Origin: a virus
Strand: one strand, 5' to 3'
DNA: 32,641 bases
IMG/VR virus record: IMGVR_UViG_3300032286_000077
Location: 1 to 32,641 of that record
Position numbers and translations under genes: made by a program. Positions 23,994 through 30,924 of this stretch are shown piece after piece. The notes beneath the pieces are model-generated. The model was not told where the DNA came from, ran no database searches, and worked only from the letters and a program-made list of their open reading frames with translations. Numbering within the stretch: position 1 is the stretch's first letter; the number at the start of each line of letters is the position of its first letter.

Positions 23994-25309
23994 ATTCGCT
24001 CCTCTTTATGTTGCATCTCATAATCCCACAGCTCATCGAGAGTGATGGTTTGCAGGGTCTTGCCCTTGGGCGGTGTCAAATCTCTTGCTTCTTGTCTATA
24101 AGCTACTGCAAGCATTCTAAACGCATCTGCGGGGTGTGAGCACCAGTCATGGCGGGGAGTTTGACGAAAAGTTTTCTTATCTTCATCATATTCCCGCTGA
24201 TATTGCCTTAACGCTTCCAGCCCCTCATCGCAGCTTGTGTCAAACCAGCATATCGGCAGGATCATCCGCACCGCCTGTATGCCATCCTGTATGCCAATCT
24301 CAGGCACGATGGCTAACTTACTCAAGCCCCCAAGGTGCGATGCCAACTGCTCGACAATAGACTTACCCCCTGAGGCCAGCGTCTTAGCCCTTGCATCATG
24401 CGGTAGGTAATGCTTTGTATATCGATAACCCTTAGAGTTAACAACGCTTGCAATTTCCTCAATGCTTGCGCCGCTGACCGCGTAATAGTCCATTACCCTG
24501 ATCTCGCCCCTGATAACCTGATACCACCAAATGGCTGTGTCATCCCTATATCCCAAATCCCACGCGGTGTAAACAGGCGATTCAGGCTCAAAAGGCAGCT
24601 CACATATCCTGCCTGCGTCTTGGGCTTGGCGCATCTCTTGACCATAAAACGCCCCAAGGATGGCGGCATCAAAGCTGCACTCGTACTCTTGATCGTATTG
24701 GTCTTGGCTTAACTGAGACCGAGCCGCTTCTAATTCTGAGTCGGGCAATAGCTTGGACATTGATGCCGGCAGCCTTAACAAAAACCAATCAGGCACAACT
24801 TGGCTTACCTTATAGATGTCGTGAAACTGATTCTTGCCCTTGGGCGTACCCCCAAACACCGCCCAGCCTAACCGGTCTGACAATGTGGGCCGAATGACGT
24901 TACCCCACACGCTAGGTTTGAAGTCACCGTATTCGTCAAGGTAAACGCCGTTAAAGCCCAGCCCCCGCATGGCATCAGCGTTGTCCGAGCCAAACAGCAT
25001 GATCTTTGCGCCGTTCAGCAGCTCTACCAACAAATCGGATTCATTGGTTGCTTTGGTTACTGGGGCGGCGTAAAACTTAAGGTAATCCCAAGCTACCCGC
25101 TTGGCTTGGCTTCTGAAAGGTGCAATGTAGGCATATTGGGCTGATCTGTTGCCCTCAGTGATAGCTCGCTTGATCAGGTCGTTAATGGCAGCTACTGTCT
25201 TGCCAGCCCTGCGGTGGGCAACCAAACAAGACCAGCGCTCAGTCCTGTTGTGGAATGGCATGAATGCCGCCCTTGGTGAATAGGGCAGTATTATTTCCCT
25301 GCTGCCCAC
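23990..25309 (-). CDS. terL: Terminase large subunit
   Basis: LPYSPRAAFMPFHNRTERWSCLVAHRRAGKT provides the Walker A motif. A DEY(G)-type Walker B follows (VYLDEYGDF), with a nuclease half at the C-terminus. Confidence 0.9.
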   Translation of the reverse strand: MGSREIILPYSPRAAFMPFHNRTERWSCLVAHRRAGKTVAAINDLIKRAITEGNRSAQYAYIAPFRSQAKRVAWDYLKFYAAPVTKATNESDLLVELLNGAKIMLFGSDNADAMRGLGFNGVYLDEYGDFKPSVWGNVIRPTLSDRLGWAVFGGTPKGKNQFHDIYKVSQVVPDWFLLRLPASMSKLLPDSELEAARSQLSQDQYDQEYECSFDAAILGAFYGQEMRQAQDAGRICELPFEPESPVYTAWDLGYRDDTAIWWYQVIRGEIRVMDYYAVSGASIEEIASVVNSKGYRYTKHYLPHDARAKTLASGGKSIVEQLASHLGGLSKLAIVPEIGIQDGIQAVRMILPICWFDTSCDEGLEALRQYQREYDEDKKTFRQTPRHDWCSHPADAFRMLAVAYRQEARDLTPPKGKTLQTITLDELWDYEMQHKEERI

Positions 25310-25629
25310 TTGATCACCAAGTCTTGACCCTCTGCGCCTGTGATCTCTTGCTTAACGGTTTCAGCCCAGCGCATCTGTGTCTTAGTCCACCAAATCAATG
25401 CGGTAGTGTCGCCCCCTGTGGCTTTACCAAACAGCGTTTTGGCTATCTGCCCATTGGCTTTGGCTTTGCCCAAGTCTAACTCGGTGCGGTAATACTTGCG
25501 TAGGGTCTTGTCGTCTATGCCCACAAGAATGGCTATTTGCTCATGCGGCAAGCCTAATCCGCTGGTGCTTTCAACCATCCTGCGGGATTCATCGGTTGGC
25601 TTATGAGCCTTTTGTGGGATTACTGGCAT
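25291..25629 (-). CDS. terS: Terminase small subunit (HTH-type)
   Basis: It is 112 aa and immediately upstream of terL, overlapping it. It has an HTH (HEQIAILVGIDDKTLRKYY) and the TALIWWTKTQMRW motif common in small terminases. Confidence 0.7.
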   Translation of the reverse strand: MPVIPQKAHKPTDESRRMVESTSGLGLPHEQIAILVGIDDKTLRKYYRTELDLGKAKANGQIAKTLFGKATGGDTTALIWWTKTQMRWAETVKQEITGAEGQDLVIKWAAGK

Positions 25630-25649
25630 CTTTTATAAAGGGGAACTCG

Positions 25650-26852
25650 TTAAGCTGTTACGGTGGATTCTAACAACAATACGGCCTTTTTGCCTGTAAA
25701 GTCTTCCCATCGCTTAACAATTACATCACAATATTTGGGGTCTAACTCCATTAATCGCGCATACCTTCCGTGCTTTTCTGCTGCCAGCAATGTTGTACCG
25801 CTTCCACCAAAGGAATCCAACACAATATCGCCGCCTTTGGTGTTGTTAAGCATTTGGTACTCAAACAAGGCAACTGGCTTCATAGTTGGGTGTTCACCAT
25901 TGCGGGTGGGTTTGTCAAATTCCAAAATGGTAGTTTGCTTACGGTCAGCCGACCAAAGGTGTCCAGCTCCGTCTTTCCAACCATACAAACAAGGCTCATG
26001 TTTCCAATGGTAGTCTTGCCGCCCCATGACAAGGCTGGATTTTTTCCATATTAAGCATTGGCGTACAGTCCATCCCGCATCTAAGCAAGCGCCACGAAAG
26101 TTGTAACCCTCGCTATCAGCATGCCAAATATAAAAGACTGCCCCAGCTTTCATCATTAAATCGGCGGTTACAAACGCATCGCGCAAAAACTGCCGAAATT
26201 GGTCATTTCCCATACTGTCGTTTTTTATGGTTAGCTTTTCTTTTGTGCTGCCCTCATATGCCACGTTATAGGGTGGGTCGGTTAACCACATATCCACAAG
26301 TTGGCCATCGCATAGCTTTTCCATGTCGGTCAGGCTGCACGAATCTCCGCACATTAGGCGGTGCTTGCCCAACTGGTATATGTCGCCCAGCTTAGTCATT
26401 GGCTCATCAGGCACGTCAGGAACAGCGTCCTCGTCTGTTAAGCCCTCAATCACATCAGGCTCAAGCAATGCGCTTAATTCTTTGGGGTCAAAGCCCAGCA
26501 TCTCTAAGGCAAAGCCGTCTGCCAGCAGATCGTTAAGCTCTATGGTTAACATTTCATTGTCCCAGCCGGCGTTAAGCGCCAGGCGGTTGTCGGCAATGAT
26601 GTAGGCTTTCTTTTGGGTTTCTGTTAAGTCTGCCAGCTCTATGGTGGGCACTTCCTTGTAGCCCAGCTTCCTTGCCGCTAATAACCTACCGTGGCCTGCA
26701 ATGATGCCGTTAGCCCCATCTACCAATATTGGGTTAGTCCAACCAAATTCTTTTATGCTGCCGGCTATTTGTGCCACTTGCTCATCGCTGTGGGTGCGGC
26801 TGTTATTAATGTAAGGGATTAGGCTGTCAACCTTTTTTTGGGTTATCTTCAT
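25650..26852 (-). CDS. ParB-like nuclease domain fused to an N6-adenine/N4-cytosine DNA methyltransferase
   Basis: The N-terminus has ParB-type motifs (NPILVDGANGIIAGHGRLLAARKLG). Then come DPPYN (motif IV) and the C-terminal DSFGGSGTT (motif I), which is the beta-class motif order. Confidence 0.9.
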   Translation of the reverse strand: MKITQKKVDSLIPYINNSRTHSDEQVAQIAGSIKEFGWTNPILVDGANGIIAGHGRLLAARKLGYKEVPTIELADLTETQKKAYIIADNRLALNAGWDNEMLTIELNDLLADGFALEMLGFDPKELSALLEPDVIEGLTDEDAVPDVPDEPMTKLGDIYQLGKHRLMCGDSCSLTDMEKLCDGQLVDMWLTDPPYNVAYEGSTKEKLTIKNDSMGNDQFRQFLRDAFVTADLMMKAGAVFYIWHADSEGYNFRGACLDAGWTVRQCLIWKKSSLVMGRQDYHWKHEPCLYGWKDGAGHLWSADRKQTTILEFDKPTRNGEHPTMKPVALFEYQMLNNTKGGDIVLDSFGGSGTTLLAAEKHGRYARLMELDPKYCDVIVKRWEDFTGKKAVLLLESTVTA

Positions 26853-26858
26853 TTACCG

Positions 26859-27539
26859 TTATCCATCAACTGTCTCCCGCATTTTAATTAAGCCGTTAAG
26901 CATCCTACTCTTGGTGTTAAACCATTGCTTGCTGAAGTCGCAGTTTTGGTAATGGTCAAACTCAGGGATACCTAGCGTGTAATGAGCAATCTTGGCGTTC
27001 TTGTTCTCTTGCTCGCCAACCAGTACGTTCCATTCTTTCGGTAATTCACCGATAAGCGAATCAGGCAACCAACCGAATCGGTGAAGCTCTGAGCCTGTAT
27101 GGTCATCCACAAATTCGGGCGTTAAAACCCTGTTTCTTAAGTGATCGCAATTCCAAAGTATTAAACTTGACCAGTTCTTTCGGGGATAGTCCCGATTCGC
27201 CGATTCCATAGGTGTACCGATATATTTCTTTGGGTGCTTGGTCTGATACTCATGCTTAACAACTTGCACCGCCTTGGTCGGGTCAAACAACTTGCTTAAG
27301 TCATCTATGTTTGCCAGCATCAGCATATCGCTGGCATCCATAAATATCGCTCTGCCTGTAAAGTTGGTGAAGTAAGGTACAAGAAACCGCTGATAGGTGA
27401 ATGCGTTTGTACCGTCCCGCTGTGTGCCGTACAAAGGCGTTATAGCTACTGGCTCGCTGGTGCGCTCAATCAGGCTTTGGCAAAACACATGGTAGCCAAC
27501 AGCCTCTCGAGGGTCATAGCCAGCGAATATCCTGATCAT
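26859..27539 (-). CDS. GT8-like (GT-A fold) glycosyltransferase
   Basis: The N-terminus IFAGYDPREAVGYHVFCQSL is followed by the DxD-like FMDASDM and then NWSSLILWNC and AHYTLGIPEF. These parallel the GT8 motifs (LDxD, FNxGVxxxN, HxxGxxKPW). Confidence 0.6.
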   Translation of the reverse strand: MIRIFAGYDPREAVGYHVFCQSLIERTSEPVAITPLYGTQRDGTNAFTYQRFLVPYFTNFTGRAIFMDASDMLMLANIDDLSKLFDPTKAVQVVKHEYQTKHPKKYIGTPMESANRDYPRKNWSSLILWNCDHLRNRVLTPEFVDDHTGSELHRFGWLPDSLIGELPKEWNVLVGEQENKNAKIAHYTLGIPEFDHYQNCDFSKQWFNTKSRMLNGLIKMRETVDG

Positions 27540-27892
27540 TTCAGCGTCAGCTTGTACAGGGTTGTGTCAATCAGCGCCGCTATCTCGTCCACAATGTTTT
27601 GCAGCTCGGTGTCATCAGGCAAAGCTTGGCGGTTTTTGTAAACGTACTCTTTGATGCTGGTCAGATACTTAACAGGGTCTTTGGCATTGTGGAAGTTCTC
27701 AGGAAAATCCTTGATCTTTTCGTAAGCTCCTGCATAAGCCTCTGCATATTGGTCACCCAGTTCAATGATCTCGGTGTAGTAAGCCCCCAGCGCCATGTGG
27801 ACTGCAAACGAATCAGTCGCCAAGTGCATGAAATGGGTAACTGTCGAGCTGTGAAACAGCGTGGAAATAAAGTCGGCAACGTCTTTTTTCAT
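27536..27892 (-). CDS. Hypothetical helical protein (possible ferritin/Dps-like four-helix bundle)
   Basis: I place the start at ATG 27892 because the track extension back to 27922 would run through the terminator T-tract. The spacing in HSSTVTHFMHLATDSFAVHMALGAYYTEIIELGDQYAE loosely resembles Dps metal-site helices. Confidence 0.5.
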   Translation of the reverse strand: MKKDVADFISTLFHSSTVTHFMHLATDSFAVHMALGAYYTEIIELGDQYAEAYAGAYEKIKDFPENFHNAKDPVKYLTSIKEYVYKNRQALPDDTELQNIVDEIAALIDTTLYKLTLK

Positions 27893-27900
27893 ATTTACCC

Positions 27901-27931
27901 TAAAAAAAAGCAGGGGTGTCAATGCCCCTGC
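27901..27931 (-). terminator. Strong Rho-independent terminator at the early/late boundary
   Basis: The minus strand reads GCAGGGG-CATTGACA-CCCCTGC-TTTTTTTT. The stem is a perfect 7 bp and is GC-rich, and it is followed by 8 T. The upstream gene's TGA lies in the loop. Confidence 0.8.
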
Positions 27932-28272
27932 GAATGAGACAACTGCTCTTCCATTGTAAACCTAGGAATGGGTACGTCAACAGGCCAAGAGTCTTGATCA
28001 CAAAGTTTTGCAATGGTAGCAATGTGGGCGTGATGCCATTTTCTTTGCCTCTCCTCTTTGCTTAACTCTTTGCCTTGGTCAATCTCATAATGGCATTTAA
28101 GGCACAAAGCCGCCACTAGGTTGTCGTCAGCCTTAACCCCCCGACCCTTGCCGCCACCCCAGTTCGTGTGCGCTGCCTGCACCATGTTGCCCGACCCGCA
28201 AGCTTGGCAATCAAGCCCCGCTACTAGCTTTAGGAGTTTTTTGCTTCTTATGTATTGGTGTTTTTGGTACAA
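27919..28272 (-). CDS. YbcO-like (DUF1364) zinc-binding putative nuclease
   Basis: CQACGSGNMVQAAHTNWGGGKGRGVKADDNLVAALCLKCHYEID follows the YbcO pattern C..C...AH....GKG..K.D...ALC..CH.EID. Confidence 0.65.
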   Translation of the reverse strand: MYQKHQYIRSKKLLKLVAGLDCQACGSGNMVQAAHTNWGGGKGRGVKADDNLVAALCLKCHYEIDQGKELSKEERQRKWHHAHIATIAKLCDQDSWPVDVPIPRFTMEEQLSHSQGH

Positions 28273-28396
28273 GTATTGTCTCCAATGTGGTGAATCTGTG
28301 CTCGTTAGCGCATTCCAAACGCCGCCTGCGTGTGTTTCCTGTTGAAGTTCTCGTTTCTTTTACGATAGTCCAAGTCCCGCACTCGGGACATTTCAT
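28211..28396 (-). CDS. Zinc-ribbon protein (61 aa)
   Basis: The ATG at 28396 overlaps the upstream stop (ATGA). MKCPECGTWTIVKETR ... RRRRLECANEHRFTT has CxxC ... C..H zinc-ribbon spacing. Confidence 0.65.
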   Translation of the reverse strand: MKCPECGTWTIVKETRTSTGNTRRRRLECANEHRFTTLETILVPKTPIHKKQKTPKASSGA

Positions 28397-28722
28397 TGGT
28401 GCGCCTTGTCCTGCATTCGGTTGGTTGCCTCGCGGGTACGCCAAATCTCTATGTCAAGCCTAGCCGCCTCAATCTCCCACTTTAGCGTCTCTTCTTTTTC
28501 AATTGCCGCAGCCAATCCCCTTAACAGTTTGGCATAAATAGGGTCGGCGTAGGCTTCACGTTCTTGGGCATTTGCCGCCTCAAAGCCCATTTCTAGGGCA
28601 TCTTTCATCAACAAGGCTTTTTGGCTTTTGCGAAATTCCTCAAGGTAAACCCGCTGGGCTTTTGCTTCGCCGTAAGCCGGCGCTTTGTCTCTAATGGCTT
28701 GCGCCGCTTCTTCGGGTTTCAT
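28393..28722 (-). CDS. Hypothetical coiled-coil protein (109 aa)
   Basis: The ORF is coupled by ATGA at both ends. It is helical and charged, and I recognised no family. Confidence 0.7.
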   Translation of the reverse strand: MKPEEAAQAIRDKAPAYGEAKAQRVYLEEFRKSQKALLMKDALEMGFEAANAQEREAYADPIYAKLLRGLAAAIEKEETLKWEIEAARLDIEIWRTREATNRMQDKAHQ

Positions 28723-28985
28723 TTCAATACTCCAATCATGCGTAGAGCCGCGTCAGGGCTATCAACCCTCGCCAGCGTACCTCCGTTCCAACTTTCAAAA
28801 AAATCTCGTTGTAGGGTCGTTAAACGCTTTTTGGCATCTGTTTTAATCTCCACCAAGAACGTATGACCCTTGTAGCCAACCAAAAGATCAACTGGTAGGC
28901 TAATGATCCACACATTAGCGCCAGCAGCTCGCAAGGCAACCACGATTTGATCTTGATTTGCGTCCACCCTTTTAGCGTGTCTCAT
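28719..28985 (-). CDS. PD-(D/E)XK (VRR-NUC / resolvase-like) nuclease
   Basis: VDANQDQIVVALRAAGANVWIISLPVDLLVGYKGHTFLVEIK provides a D ... ExK core, in the pattern typical of small phage VRR-NUC proteins. Confidence 0.7.
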   Translation of the reverse strand: MRHAKRVDANQDQIVVALRAAGANVWIISLPVDLLVGYKGHTFLVEIKTDAKKRLTTLQRDFFESWNGGTLARVDSPDAALRMIGVLK

Positions 28986-29232
28986 TCATTCGCTTTCTTA
29001 GATCAACGGCGGCTGCTGATCCACGGCGTTTTTCTATGTCTAAGTAAACCTGTGACCACCATGCCGATGCTTTGATTTTCCCAAGGTCTTGCACTTTCTT
29101 GCGGTATCTCTGCACCCATTCCCGCGCTTCCATCATCTTCATAGTCTCCAGTAAGTCTAAGCGCTGCTGTTGCGTCAGCGTAGCTAAGTTCACAGGTTTC
29201 TTTATGTCGGTCAAGCAGTCGGTTTGCTTCAT
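28972..29232 (-). CDS. Hypothetical replication-region protein (86 aa); start uncertain
   Basis: The C-terminal part EAREWVQRYRKKVQDLGKIKASAWWSQVYLDIEKRRGSAAAVDLRKRMNE looks like a real helical protein. There is no SD before ATG 29232, and a well-placed SD serves ATG 29242 in another frame. Confidence 0.6.
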   Translation of the reverse strand: MKQTDCLTDIKKPVNLATLTQQQRLDLLETMKMMEAREWVQRYRKKVQDLGKIKASAWWSQVYLDIEKRRGSAAAVDLRKRMNETR

Positions 29233-29241
29233 TTTTATCCA

Positions 29242-29472
29242 TTAAAACACCTCATCATCTTGCCAATGCTTAACAGGTGAAGAATTTTTAAAAACTTCTT
29301 TTAAGTTGGGCATTTTGTAATCTTCTTTTTGCCATGCGTGTTTGGAACATTTAGGCTTGTCGCCCTCCATGTGAACAGACCAACGATTTTGGCAACCGTA
29401 GACTGAACACATCAAACGCTGCATGGCATCGAAACTATCTTCTTTTTTTACGTCAGGTTTAGCAAAACTCAT
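29242..29472 (-). CDS. Hypothetical Cys/His-containing small protein (76 aa)
   Basis: The ORF is coupled to the replication gene stop by ATGA. CSVYGCQNRW ... KPKCSKHAW suggests a small zinc-binding motif. Confidence 0.7.
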   Translation of the reverse strand: MSFAKPDVKKEDSFDAMQRLMCSVYGCQNRWSVHMEGDKPKCSKHAWQKEDYKMPNLKEVFKNSSPVKHWQDDEVF

Positions 29473-30209
29473 TTTTGATACTTTCCATCAATTATCTTGG
29501 CGAAATTGGTTGCGTTCACTATCCACACAAGATCAGGTCGCCATGTCCTGTCCTTGGTTTCAAACCCCTGTGCCAGCTTGGTATCGTTGGCAATGTAACC
29601 AAAAAAGGAATCCCACCATGCCAAGCCCTCTGCTTGCGAGGAATACCCCTGTGGGCTAAATACAGATGGTTTGGCAGCTTGTAACCATCTTTGCCTTAAA
29701 TTAGTCTGCCTGACCCCATCCCAAACCCTTGGCTGGGCTAACTGGGGTAAATGCTTTTTGTAAAGGTTAAGAATGTCCTGATGCGGGCAAGTCGGCAACC
29801 CTGCCGACAAAGAATCTTTAGATTCTTTAATATGGTTATTGGTTATTGGTTTATGGTTATTGGTTAGTTGAACGTCCGTTGAACCGCCGTTAGACCTACG
29901 TTCAGCGGATGCTTTACCAGCCCTTGACGCTTGTTCAATTTTTGCTTTGTAATGCTGGATTTCAACTCGCACACGATCACAAACCCAGCCATCAACATCT
30001 CGGCTAAAAAACTCGTTTAAAACGTCCCTGATGGTGGCGGCATGGTCACGCAAACGAATTATTCTTGCAATTTCGTTGGCATCTAGCGGTAAGGGTTTTT
30101 CGTGGAGATAACACCAATCAAGCATTCGGCGATAGGCCAAATCCTCAAGAGGGTCTAAATGATTGGTGTGACTTTGATAGTCGCCAATATTGAATTGGTA
30201 GTAGTGCAT
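29469..30209 (-). CDS. DUF1376 (YdaU-like) replication initiation protein
   Basis: The N-terminus MHYYQFNIGDYQSHTNHLDPLEDLAYRRMLDWCYLHEKPLPLD matches the DUF1376 signature (YY.F.IGDY...T.HL...E.GAY.RLLD.Y...E.PLP.D). Confidence 0.8.
   Translation of the reverse strand: MHYYQFNIGDYQSHTNHLDPLEDLAYRRMLDWCYLHEKPLPLDANEIARIIRLRDHAATIRDVLNEFFSRDVDGWVCDRVRVEIQHYKAKIEQASRAGKASAERRSNGGSTDVQLTNNHKPITNNHIKESKDSLSAGLPTCPHQDILNLYKKHLPQLAQPRVWDGVRQTNLRQRWLQAAKPSVFSPQGYSSQAEGLAWWDSFFGYIANDTKLAQGFETKDRTWRPDLVWIVNATNFAKIIDGKYQK
29791..29868. repeat. Ori-like cluster inside the replication gene: two perfect inverted repeats plus five tandem heptamers
   Basis: The elements are GTCGGCA-ACCC-TGCCGAC (29791-29808), AAAGAATC-TTTA-GATTCTTT (29809-29828), and GGTTATT GGTTATT GGTTTAT GGTTATT GGTTAGT (29834-29868). 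Confidence 0.45.
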
Positions 30210-30306
30210 ACAAACCTTACTTCATCGGTCATCTTCACATGAGAAACATTGGCAGGACGGTGAAGAATCGTCTTTTCGGGAGCTACCCTAGCCACGTTTC
30301 AAAAAA

Positions 30307-30462
30307 TCATAGCACAAACCACTCAGGACGCAAGTCTCTGAGCTGGCGCATCCGCAGCTCAGGCACGTTTTTCCACATAGAGACTGCAGCCCTAGAAATC
30401 TTCAATAGCCTAGCAAGCTCACTTTGTGAGCCTGCCAACTGGATAATCTGTTCTTTTGTCAT
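30307..30462 (-). CDS. Cro/YdaS-like helix-turn-helix regulator (51 aa from ATG 30462)
   Basis: MTKEQIIQLAGSQSELARLLKISRAAVSMWKNVPELRMRQL matches the YdaS/Cro-type HTH pattern (AGSQS.LA..L.VS..AVS.W). It is the first gene of the minus-strand early unit. Confidence 0.7.
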   Translation of the reverse strand: MTKEQIIQLAGSQSELARLLKISRAAVSMWKNVPELRMRQLRDLRPEWFVL

Positions 30463-30469
30463 GCTGAAA

Positions 30470-30489
30470 TTGTAAAGGCAAATTAACAA
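30470..30489. promoter_or_regulatory. Operator-like 20-bp site O1 (bottom strand TTGTTAATTTGCCTTTACAA)
   Basis: It matches the O2 site at 17 of 20 positions in inverted orientation. It has internal dyad half-sites TTGTAAA-N6-TTAACAA. It contains a TACAAT -10-like hexamer that ends 6 nt before the Cro-like ATG. Confidence 0.45.
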
Positions 30490-30533
30490 ATAAGCGACAT
30501 TAGGGAAATCCCCTAGAAAAATATCTTGATGTA

Positions 30534-30553
30534 TTGTTAATTTTGCTTAACAA
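30534..30553. promoter_or_regulatory. Operator-like 20-bp palindrome O2 (TTGTTAA-TTTTGC-TTAACAA)
   Basis: It has perfect 7-bp inverted arms. It lies between a possible -35 (TTGATG, 30526-30531) and -10 (AACAAT, 30549-30554) for the plus-strand unit. Confidence 0.45.
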
Positions 30554-30602
30554 TGCACCCATGCCCCAGCAATTTCGCACAGGGTCTTTTAGGAGGATTA
30601 AA

Positions 30603-30773
30603 ATGATGAACTGCAACTGGATGGTTACTTTGGCAATAGCCCAGCGCAAGGCTTTGCTTAACCTTGGCTACACAAGCCAACAAGTAAACGCTATGAGTTT
30701 AAATGACACAACTGATGCGTTAAAAACACTTGGCTACAACTTTAAAGCCAACTCACCTTTTAAAAACAAATAA
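30603..30773 (+). CDS. Small early protein (56 aa)
   Basis: AGGAGG at 30591-30596 lies 6 nt before the ATG at 30603. It is the first gene of the plus-strand unit, and I recognised no family. Confidence 0.6.
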   Translation: MMNCNWMVTLAIAQRKALLNLGYTSQQVNAMSLNDTTDALKTLGYNFKANSPFKNK

Positions 30774-30807
30774 ACCAAAGGGGCGTAAGCCCCATAAAGG
30801 AAAAACT

Positions 30808-30924
30808 ATGTTTGAAATAGAAAAATACAAAAAACCCACCAATTGGTTTCAAGTCGCTATGTGGATTGTATCGGTTGCCGCCATCGTGGTGGTTGCTCTC
30901 GACATATTTGTTTGGAGAGCATGA
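30808..30924 (+). CDS. Small single-TMD membrane peptide (38 aa)
   Basis: AAGGA lies upstream of the ATG at 30808. MFEIEKYKKPTNWFQVAMWIVSVAAIVVVALDIFVWRA contains one hydrophobic helix, and the stop overlaps the next ATG (ATGA). Confidence 0.5.
   Translation: MFEIEKYKKPTNWFQVAMWIVSVAAIVVVALDIFVWRA

Noticed and set aside
27893-27922. The N-terminal extension of the 27536 gene back to ATG 27922 (MTPLLFFRVN...)
   Set aside because: The extension would be translated from the terminator stem and its T-tract (the FF comes from the T run) and would overlap the upstream gene. ATG 27892 is the sensible start.
30307-30602. A temperate lifestyle inferred from the Cro-like gene and the operator-like sites
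   Set aside because: I found no integrase, excisionase, CI-type repressor, partition system or attachment-site-like repeat among the ORFs. A lytic or non-integrating lifestyle is more consistent, though this cannot be proven from sequence alone.
30780-30793. The hairpin GGGGC-GTAA-GCCCC after the first plus-strand gene, considered as a terminator
   Set aside because: The stem is only 5 bp and no T-tract follows on the plus strand. It sits 14 nt before the next gene's ATG, so at most it is an mRNA-stability element.
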